From Vicugna vicugna (lineage: Eukaryota), in NCBI GenBank assembly GCA_013265495.1, contig MU057640.1, positions 2,133,405 through 2,197,404 on the forward strand: a stretch of DNA of 64,000 bases, given 5' to 3'. The notes under the pieces are model-generated. The model was not told the origin of the DNA. It saw nothing but the letters and a program-made list of their open reading frames with translations, and did no database searches. Numbering within the stretch: position 1 is the stretch's first letter; the number at the start of each line of letters is the position of its first letter. Shown here piece after piece: positions 54,091-64,000 of the stretch. Both the position numbers and the translations under genes were made by a program.

Positions 54091-55930
54091 TCATGTAATA
54101 TTTTCTAGGTGCTTACCATTGCAATTACATAAAACATCTTAAAGTGATAGCACTCTATTTTAAATTGATAATGACTTAACTTCAATTGTACACAAAAAAT
54201 TCCACTCCTTTACAGCTCTACCACTTCACTTTATATTATTGATATCACAAATCATATTTTTATATATTATATACCTTTTAATATAGATTTATGGTTGCTT
54301 TTTAAGTACTTCTGTCATTTAAACTCTACGTACCAAAATTACAATAGAACAGGTTACTCTGTTTGTCCATGTATTTACCTTCACTGGAGAATCTTGTATT
54401 TTCATACATCTTTGTGCTGCTGTCTACTCTCCTTTTTTCAACTTGAAGAACTCTTCTAATAATTCTTGTGGGACAGATCTAGTGGTCATAAACTCCCTCA
54501 GCTCTAGTTTATTTGGGAAAGTCTTAATTCCTCCTTAATTTTTGAAGGACAGTTTTAATGAATATGGTATTCTTGGTTGACGATTTTTTTTCTCTTACAG
54601 CATAGTGAGTATATGGTGCCACTCTGTTCTAGCCTGCAAAGTGTCTGCTGAGAAATCCACTGATAATCTTATGGAAGTTCTCTTATATGTTACAAATTGC
54701 TTTTCTGTTGCTGCTTTCAAGTCTCTCTTTAAGTTTGAATGTAGAGAGTTTGATTGTAATGTGTCTCAGTGCAGTTCTCTTTGGATTTATCCTAGCTAGA
54801 TTCTTTAAGCTTTTCGAATCTGTATGTCCATTTCTTTCCTCAGATTTGGAAAGTTTGGGCCATTATTTCTTCAAGGAAGCTTTCATCCCATTTCTCACTT
54901 ATTTGGGGGAATCACTAATATGTATAGTAGTCCTCCAGATAAGTACCTTATGCTCTCTTTGCTTTTCTTCATTCTTTTTTCTTTTTAATCCTCTGACTTA
55001 ATGATTTCAAGTGACTTATCTTCAAGTTCACTGATTCTATCTTCTGCCATATCAAGTCTCATGTTGAACCCATCTAGTGAATGTTTCATTACTTTTGTAT
55101 TTTTGAGATCCAGAATTTCTGTTTGGTTCTTCTTTATAGTTTCTATCTCTTCGTTGATATTCTCACATTGTTTATGCATCATTTTCCTGATTTCATTTAG
55201 TTTCTATTTGTGTTCTCTTTTGCCTCATTGAGCATCTTTATGACAGTTATTTTAAATTCCTTGTCAGCTCATAGTTCTGTGTTTCTTTTGAGTCATTTTT
55301 TGGTCCCTTGATTGGCCTATGTTTCCAGTGTTCTTTGTAAGCCTTGTGATATTTTGCTAGGATTTGGGCATTTGAAAAACAAAACAAAACAGAACCTTCT
55401 TCCAGTCTTTGTGCAAGGAAAGACCTACACCAATCAGCTCAACTGCAGTTTCCAGGACATCTCAAACCTTTTCTGATCTTTTGCTCCCCCTGGTGTGTAC
55501 CCATGGTTCTGCAGCTCTAACATGCTGCTTGCCTCCATTTTTAGCAGTTTCTAAACTATGGCACTAGTTCCTTCAGTGGTCCAAGGTGTGCAAGATAGAG
55601 ACCAGTCCCTCAGGTAAACCTCAGACAAGCTAGAATGCTGGACACATGGTACACTCTTTAAGTGGCTCTGAGAGCTGGTCTGAGAGATTCACACTATGCT
55701 GCATAGGGGAAGGGCAGTGATGAGTGTACTAAATGCTGCAAATTTACCTACTTCCTTTTGTTGGAAGTTCTTCATGGTTTTACAATGACCTGGGTGCTGC
55801 AGCTTCTGGACTGGTCTCTAGGGTTCTCATAGAGGTACTCTGGTCCATGTATTACTAATTTATTGTTTCTGTGGGGAAGGAGGGTCTGGAGCTTCTCGGT
55901 CTGCCATCTTGCTGAATCACTCTTTCCCCC
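54090..55930 (-). mobile_element. Old L1 5'/ORF1 region
   Basis: ORF 54985-55182 (-), ENINEEIETIKKNQTEILDLKNT...SLDGFNMRLDMAEDRISELEDKSLEII, resembles the L1 ORF1p coiled coil. Flanks carry L1 text (aaagtgtctgctgagaaatccactgataatct). Confidence 0.85.
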
Positions 55931-57549
55931 ATAGCTTTTTAATCAATCCATTTTTTTACTCAAATCACTCAAATTTGAGTACCTGACTGTTAAATATGTT
56001 ACCCTAGTATTGTGATGTTGGAACTGGGAAACCAACAAGGTTTATTGAATGAATGGAGCATTTCAGGATCAGTAAGAGAGAGCTTTTCCTGAGCAGATAG
56101 CTGTCCTCATGCAACTCAAATCACACTTTTGACCACCACAAGTGTTTGCAGTCTTTGGAACTACTCCGTTGCCTTGTGACAACCACATGTGAAGCGCGGA
56201 CTAATAAGGAGCTGCTGAAGAAGGTCGATTTTTCTTTCTCTTATACTCAAGACCTCTTCAGATCTGCAGAATTGCATCTAAACTCCTGCAGATTCTGCTG
56301 CTGTTGCAACAATCTGTCATCAGCCAAGCTTATCATCTATTATTTATTTCCTTTCTTTATACTCTGCCCCAACCCTCCCACTCACAGGCTGTAAAGGCTT
56401 TGTCAGTAAATTCAGGGCTGGTCATGTGGGCCTGGGAGGGATGTATTTGGACATAAAGGTGGGTAGGGCAGAGGGAAAGAATTAGTTTGAACATAAAGCT
56501 TTATTTACACTATTTCCCTTATGTGTACCAGATAATATTACACTGTGTTTGTAAAATATATGACCTATTAAGACCAGAAAATCAGGGCTCTGTGAACTTT
56601 CTCAATAAGTCAAAGTTCAGGCTCACTGATGGGGTTTAATGAAGCTACTTAAGGCTCATATTAAGAGAAAAATGTGAAAGCACATATTACACCACATAGA
56701 GAAAACCTATTAACAATTTCCCTTTTTTCTTTACCTCTTTCCTTTCTCTCTCTTTCTGATCTTTCTTTATTTCTATTTTGCAGCAACCAAGTTGTACTAT
56801 AGTTGATAGATTTGTTCTATATTCATCAATATAGAAGCGCTGAGAAGGTTAAGGTACCATTTGTTTTGAGTTGACTATTATTTAATTTGCAAAATACTAG
56901 CATTATCAGGATCATCTTGGCATGTGGGAGAAGGAGGGTGGGCTAGAGAAGAGTTCAGAATCAGAATGGATAGACCCAAATGAAAGGCTGGAAGGGCAGT
57001 ACAAAGGGATTATGGGAGTTGAAGACTATCAGATAGCTAAGGGACAAGCACAAAAAAGCTAGTCAAGTGTTCATTTCCAACTCTTGTACATTAGCTTGAA
57101 GACTTTGGGTACCACCATGCTCAAGATTTTTTTTAATCTTTAGAAACATTATACTTCCTATATTAACAATCGTCTTTCTGGTTATGAAAAAAAAACCCCA
57201 AAACTGAGAAAGATAAATTGTTTTATTTCATTGTCCCGATAAATCACCCTGAGCACTGAGAAGGTAATCTAGCCAGCCTCATGTTTCTGGAGCCAAAAGA
57301 AGAGCCAAGTAGAATATTACTTTGTGAAGCAGAGGCTCCTGCTGGCAAAGATGGCTTCTTCCATATAGGGAGGAACTAGGCTCTCCCAAACTACGGAGTG
57401 GGAAGCCAAGACTCAGCCCTTTCCCTGTACCCTAAGGGTTAAAAAATGAATCTCTTGGCCTGAACTTGGTCTTGGGCTAACCTGTGACTGGCTCTACCTT
57501 TCTCTTCTTTCTTAGCTACTTCTAATGCTTAAGCTGGAGAAAAACTGTG

Positions 57550-58215
57550 CTTTTTATCTTCCTATTGGCCATCTGCATTTCCTCTTTTGGAAAGATGTCT
57601 GTTCAGTTCTTCTGTCCTTATTTTATTTTATTTTTATTGAAGTGCTGTCAGTTAAAATGTGTCAATTTCTGGTGTACAGCCCAATGTCCCAGTCATTTCT
57701 GCCTATATTTTAAATAGGTTGCTTGTTTGTTTGCTTGCTTTTTAATTGAAGTACAGTTGATTTAAAATGTTGTGTTAGTTTCTGGTGTACAGCATGGGTA
57801 GACTTGAAGGGCATTAGGTTAAGTGAAATGTCAGACAGAGAAAGGCAAATATCATAAGATATCACATGTGGAATCTAAAAAACACAACAAACTAGTGAAT
57901 ATAACAGAAAAAAAAACCAGACTCACAGATATAGAGAAGGAACTACTGGTTGCCAGTGGGGAAAGGGAAGGGGGAGGGACAAGATGGAAGTGGAAGATTA
58001 AGAGGTACAAACCATCAGGTATAAAATAAGCTACAAGGATTTAGATTTACAAAATGGGGGATATAGCCAATATTATATAATAACTGTAAATGGAGTATAA
58101 CCTTTAAAATTGTGAATCACTATATTGTACACCTGTAACATTTGATACTGTACATCACGTCTACTTCAATTTAAAAAATATATTGTAAAATAAATACATA
58201 AGCAAATAAATTATA
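57550..58215. mobile_element. Cluster of L1 3' fragments in both orientations
   Basis: Minus-strand 3' ends at ~57618-57697 and ~57740-57795, and a plus-strand 3' end at ~57796-58215. Confidence 0.75.
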
Positions 58216-58449
58216 AAATTTTTTTGTATTCGGTTCCAGGGAATTGACAGTCTCCCAGAAGGCCTCCTGTAAACTCTCTGGATTCTTTATACCTTCTAAA
58301 TATAGGGTTCTGTACGGGAGAGCAATGAGGAGCCAGAAAGACATAGTAGCAGCACAGCATGGAAGGCTTAGGGATGGGAGTGGCTTTTGATAAGAGCAGG
58401 TTTCCCAGAACTATGTCTGACAGAACATGGGAAATCTTAATACATTCTT

Positions 58450-58845
58450 TAAAAAAATTTTAAGTATAGTGGCTGTACAATACAATATGTTACAGGTGTA
58501 TGATATAGTGATTCACAATTTTTAAAGATTATACTCTATTTATAGTTATTATAAAATATTGGCTATATTCCCTGTGTTGTACAATACATTCTTGTAGCTT
58601 ATTTTATATCTAATAGTTTGTACCTCTTACTCCCTCACTCCTATATGGCCCCTTCCCCCTTCCCTCTCCCCACTGGTAACCACTAGTTTGTTTTCTATGT
58701 CTATGAGTCTGCTTCCTTTTTTTTTTTTCACTAGTTGGTTATATTTTTTAGATTCCACATACAAGTGATATCATACACTATTTCTTTCTCTGTCTGACTT
58801 ATTCCCTTAGCATAATGCCCTCCAAGTCCATCCATGTTGCTGCAA
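58450..58845 (-). mobile_element. Truncated L1 3' end with TSD-like acattctt
   Basis: tagattccacatacaagtgatatcatac...agcataatgccctccaagtccatccatgttgctgca, with acattctt on both sides. Confidence 0.8.
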
Positions 58846-59290
58846 CATTCTTAAATATATATGAAAACCTGAACATATTTGTATAGTTTTTTATATCATC
58901 ATGTGGCAATATATCATAAAGAAATAGTGTATCATACCTGATATGTTGCACTCCAGAGAATAACACGTAGATGCATGGTATTAAAATGTACATTATTGGC
59001 AACGTTTACTAAATATTCTTATGTCAGTGGATGTGTCTTTTTTTGATGGTGGCTTGTTCATCTGTCATAGTATCAATAAAACTTGTGATATTAGCTCGTG
59101 TTAGTTGCATATTCATTATGATGCTATGCAAATTCATTCTCTATGATTCTGTGACTGAAAGGATGAATTCATCTAGGAGGTTGCTTTCTGCAGCCAACTT
59201 TAGTTATAGCAACCAAGATATTTCAATGAGCTTCTGTTGGGGTTCTTTAATACACCAGTTCTGGCCCTTGTGAAATGTTGAGTGGGATGG

Positions 59291-59560
59291 TTGCTATGAT
59301 GCACCACCCAGACCCCCCTTCAGGGATGAAGGGTTTATGCTTGGCTGTTTTGACAACTAGTGGGCCATCTCAGTGTTAGAGCATCTCTTGAGGCTGGCTA
59401 GATCCATTGTCAGGACTGCATCCCCTCAACTTTTCCCTTGGCTAACTCCTGCTTCCTTCACCTCTTTTCCACAGGAGTTGATTCCAAGACTACTCTCTAA
59501 TGAAAGCCATGCTTGCTAACCACCTTAGAGTGTATCTCCCTGAGAACTTACCCTGCGATA
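59291..59560 (+). mobile_element. LTR16-like ERVL LTR remnant
   Basis: gatgcaccacccagacccccc.tcaggga...cacaggagttgattccaagactactctctaat...gagaacttaccctgcgata. Confidence 0.6.
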
Positions 59561-59908
59561 CTGTTAGACAGTTAAGTTCTCAAAGACCCTCTGGAGGTCT
59601 CAAGCAATCTGATTTTTAGGAGACAGTTTCTAATATGACTCCTGTGAGGCGGCCGTAATTCCTGATCCCCATAAGGTGTGCCTTCCCCAAACCCTTTTTT
59701 CAGCCCCACTGCTCTTAAGAGATCAGGTTCTAGCCAGTAAAGCTAATTCCAGGCTCCACCTACTGGTAGACATGAGGCCCATAGGTCACTGCCTGGCTTG
59801 GGTGGGATCAACTCAGGAACTGTTCAGTCTAAGTGGGGATGATCTGTCATCATAGGTCTTTGGACTGCATAAACAGAGATTCAAAATGAAACTTTTTTTT
59901 TGGTCCAA

Positions 59909-60808
59909 AGCAGTGTTTCTCAATTTTTTTCGTTATTGTTCTCTTAAGAAAACCTTTGCAGAGTTTTTTCCTAATCATCATAATCCCCTGTGACTTTATT
60001 GATTTTTAATTTTTTATTGAAGTGTTAGTTGATTTACAATGTTAGTTTCAGGTGTACAGCAAAGTGATTCAGTTATACATGTACATATATATATTTTTTC
60101 TTTTCAGATTCTTTTCCATTATATGTTATTACAAGAAATTGAATATAGTTTCCTGTGCTATACATTAGGTCCTTGTTTATATATTTTATGTATAGTAATG
60201 CGTATCTGTTACTCCTCACCCCTAATTTATCCCTCCCTGCCCTTTCCTCTTCGGTAATCATAGTTTGTTTTCTATGTCTGTGAGTCTGCTTTTAGTTTGT
60301 AAATAGAATTTGTATTACTTTTTTTAGATTTCATATATAAATGACATCATATTTGCCCATGACTTTATTTTTAAGGAGGGAAGTTTTTAAAAAATAATTT
60401 TATTGAGATATAGTTCACATACCTTAAAATTCACCCATTTAAAATGTTCAAGTCAATGACTTTTGTTATAGTCACAGACTTGAATAATCATCACCACAAC
60501 CAATTTAAGAATATTTTCATCAACCCCAAAATAAACCCTGTACCCTTTAGTAATCACCCCTAGACCCCTACCTTCATTCCCCTTAGCCTTAGACAATCAC
60601 TAATCTACTTTCAATTTCTATAGATCTATCTTTCTGAACATTTCATATGAAAGGAATTTTATAATATGTGGTCCCTATGAAATTTCAATGGGACAGCTAT
60701 ACCATATATATGTACTGCATATATATCTGTGCTTTATGCATAAAGAGGATAAGAATTTTTTACACTTCCCAAGATCCAGTTTTCATTGGCCCCATTGAAA
60801 ATGCATGC
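59909..60808. mobile_element. MER112-like hAT MITE interrupted by two L1 3' fragments (about 59994-60355 and 60385-60672, both minus)
   Basis: cagtgtttctcaa...ttttcctaatc resumes as ccctatgaaattt...atatctgtgctttatgcataaa...ccattgaaaatgcatg. TSD tgactttatt flanks the first L1. Confidence 0.65.
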
Positions 60809-62984
60809 ATGATCCAACGTGACACATAGTTTTTCCACCGAATTTTTCTAACCAGCTGCAGATATCAAAACTATGAGTCATTTGTTGACAATACATGATT
60901 ATCAAAATGAGGTCTTTGTGTAATTGGTTTTAATTACTATCACCACCCCCAGAATTTGGCTACAAGTGAACTCCTCATGAGCTTAAATAGTAGTGGGTGC
61001 ACTTTTTCTGACTAAACCCAAATACGCCTTTATAAATGGAAAAATCTGATCCTTAGAAGTAGCAATCTGGTCTCCATCTTTTACCTGCATCTGCCTTTGA
61101 ATGGACACCTGGAGATATTACCAGGGTGAGCATATAAGTCAAAATCACTCAACAGGATAGGTACTTAATATATTTTTTCACTCATTGCTGGATGAATCAT
61201 GCAGAGTTAGAAAGCCTGGGGTTCATTTTCAATCCTGCTACTCACTAGCTGTGCAGGTCACTCCCCCTTCCTGTGCCCTCATTCACTTATCTGCAAAGTG
61301 AGGAAAATGGGCCTCGTGACATCTAAGGCTTTTTCTTGTTCCAGCTTTCTATGATTAACACAAATTTTTCCTATTTTAAAGCTACAAAGGGTCCTTGAAA
61401 CTTGTAGGATTTCTTATATCAGATAAATAAAATGGAATCACAGTGCCATTATTCTTCTTTGGGCAGTTAATGTTCAATGAACAATTCAAGAAAAAAATGA
61501 TTTATCAACTAAATCACTATGTGCTAGACATTGAACAGAGCTAATATCATTGCTTGCCTCCTGGAACTGAGAGTCTGTTGGCAAGAACACAGTGGGGTAG
61601 GGGGGTAGTGAAAAAACAAACAAAAATATTTGCAAGCAGTGATAGATGTCTTAAAATAAAACAAACACACCCATTGCAAGAGCTCCAATGAATTAAAGGA
61701 GGAGGGAGACTGCCCTTACATGGGGGTAGCATGGAGGATACAATCAAGCATAGATTTGATAGGAGGTTTTAATTCGCTCAACACATAGCAAATATCTATG
61801 GAGCCCTTCCTATGGGCCAGGCCCTACTCTTGGTGTTAGAAATAGAGCAGTGGGAAAAAACCAAAGTCCGGGCCTCAAGAAGCTTGCATTCTGGGAGTGA
61901 AAAGGGGGCAGAGATCGTCCAGGGTCTGCGAGTGTGTGGGAGTGACGGGTGCGATGAGGTTAAAACTCAGGCCAAGAAACTAGCTGATGGGAAGATCCTG
62001 CAGAAGTGAGCTGGGTATTTCGAGAACCAAAGGCAGGCCAGTGTGGTGGGAGCACAGTGAAGGTAGTGGGAGTTGCTTGGGGAGCTGGACCAGAGCTAGA
62101 TCATAAGAGGTTTCATGGGCCAGGAAAGTGAGTTTAAAATGTTAAATGATGAAAAGATGTGGAGGGACCTTAAACTCACACAATGTTTTATGTCAATTAT
62201 ATCTCAACAAAGCTGGAAAAAAAAGTGAATGCGTGTGTGTGTGTGTGTGTGTGTGGAAGAGATGTAATGTGCTTGTGTAAGGACAGCATGAAGGATCCTT
62301 GCGGTGATAGAAATGTTCTGTATCTTGACTGTGTCAATATCAATATCAATATATCAATTTTGATATAGTACTACAGTTTTACGTAATATTATCATTGGTG
62401 AAGCTAGGTAAACAGTACATGGATGACTGTGGATTATTTATTACATCTGCATGTGAATCTATAATAATCCCCAAATAAAAGGTTTAAGTTAAACACACAC
62501 ACACGCAAAAGGTAAATGAGTATGGCTTATGGAAAGCACCTAGCATGAATTTAAATTGAATCTGCTAAATCTAGGTTTAAAAGTATTGTGCTGGGTAGTA
62601 ACCTAGCTGATAATTGAGCCCCACATCCATACCTCAGCGAGCCATATTCTTGAATCTGGAAATGCAAGAACTTCTACAATGTATGTGCTTTGTTTACTCA
62701 CAGGGCGGCTATGATACCATTACTTGGCAGGGTCATGGCAGTGGTGAGTATGTGTGCATCCCTGGGATCAGGGGATGAGACTGTAGCCTGTCTGGACCCT
62801 TAAAGGTCAAAGATCCATGACCCATAAAAGAAGAGGTCTCAACAAAGGATTTGGGCCAATAGAGATCTACAGTAGCACCAAGAAACATGTTTGGTCATTT
62901 ATTTATTTATTAACTCCACAAATGGACACTTACTGAAAACTTATGACCACAGGAATTTCCCCAAAGAAGACAGACAGACAGACA

Positions 62985-63415
62985 GACAGACAATTTGACT
63001 ATACAATATAATGTGATGCATATTGTGACAGAGATGTGCTGTGGATGCTATTGGAGCACATAAGAGAGCTACCTAACTCATAGCGGTGATGGGGAGAGTC
63101 TGGGAAGAATTTCAACTTAACTAATTTGAGCTGCCTCAACCAAGTTTTGAAGGACTTCTAGGAGCTGGCCAGGTAAAGAAAGGGAAGGGTATCCTAGGGA
63201 GAGAGAACTCCATGGGTAGAGAGATCAAGATGAGAGAGATTAGCATCCAGAGAACTAAGGACAAATGGTAGAGAGATGAGGCTGGAGTGGAAAATAGCCG
63301 TTGGGTCACAAAGGGCATTGTAATCCATGCCAAGGAGTTTGGGCTTCATCCTGAGGGCAATGGAAAACCATTCCATAATTTTAAGCAAGGGTGAAGCTTC
63401 AAGATTGAATAATAA
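62985..63415. mobile_element. L2 fragment (representative of many L2 and MIR relics across the window)
   Basis: gggcattgtaatccatgccaaggagtttgggcttcatcctgagggcaatggaaaaccatt...ttttaagcaagg. Confidence 0.65.
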
Positions 63416-63687
63416 CAGTTGACACTCATTCATTTCTTATTGTGTGCCAGAGACTCTTTTGAGGACTCTCACGTACAGTAACTCACTTGATCTTTTCTAT
63501 ACTTCTTTGATTTGAGAACTATTATTAGCACCATTTTGTAAATGAGGAAGCTGAGGCACGGGTAATGTAAGAAATTTTCCAGGGTGGTTCAACTCAAAAA
63601 GTGGCTGAACTAGAATCCAGAACCAGACTGTTGGCTCAACAAAGAAGTCCTTAACTAGTATGCTACCTCCCTGATTCTTTGTCACCC

Positions 63688-63830
63688 AGAGTGTGGCTCC
63701 TGGACCACCAGCAGCAGCATAACCTGGGAGCACGTCTTACCTTCCCACAGACATACTAAGTCAGAGGCTGAATGGTAACAAGATTCCCCAGGTGATTTGC
63801 CTGCACGTTAATGACTGAGAAGCACTGACC
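63688..63830. mobile_element. MER5A-like MITE
   Basis: agagtgtggctcctggaccaccagcagcagcataacctgggag...aacaagattccccaggtgattt...tgagaagcactg. Confidence 0.7.
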
Positions 63831-64000
63831 TAACCCCCATGAGGGAACTGGGTCAGAGGTGATGAACTGAAAGACAAATATCCCATCTAAAGAGAAATAC
63901 TGTTTTAGCTCAAGTTGACTGTTGAATGTCAAAATACAAAAAGCACTACCACACCTTCTGTAAGATTATTTTTCATGTTTTGACGGCAGAGATGGGATAA

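Overview
Mammalian genomic DNA, most likely camelid (a Vic-1-type tRNA-derived SINE is present). The only recognisable protein-coding gene is TTC9 (tetratricopeptide repeat protein 9A) on the minus strand. It has three coding exons (about 42962-42557, 20884-20702 and 18683-18604) and a CpG-island promoter at about 42.3-43.4 kb. Exons 2 and 3 are intact with canonical splice sites. The 3' end of exon 1 is anomalous: after ...VEAIEI the conserved DCYNSLA codons and the GT donor are replaced by unrelated GC-rich sequence. The first 3.6 kb is a decayed class I ERV internal region in which gag/pro (minus strand) alternates with pol and env/PPT pieces on the plus strand. The rest is ordinary repeat-rich intronic and intergenic DNA (L1, L2, MIR, MaLR/ERVL LTRs, hAT fossils, microsatellites), with a roughly 610 bp pure-purine tract and a 69-N assembly gap. 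Repeat family names come from recall of consensus sequences, not from a database search, and repeat boundaries are approximate.
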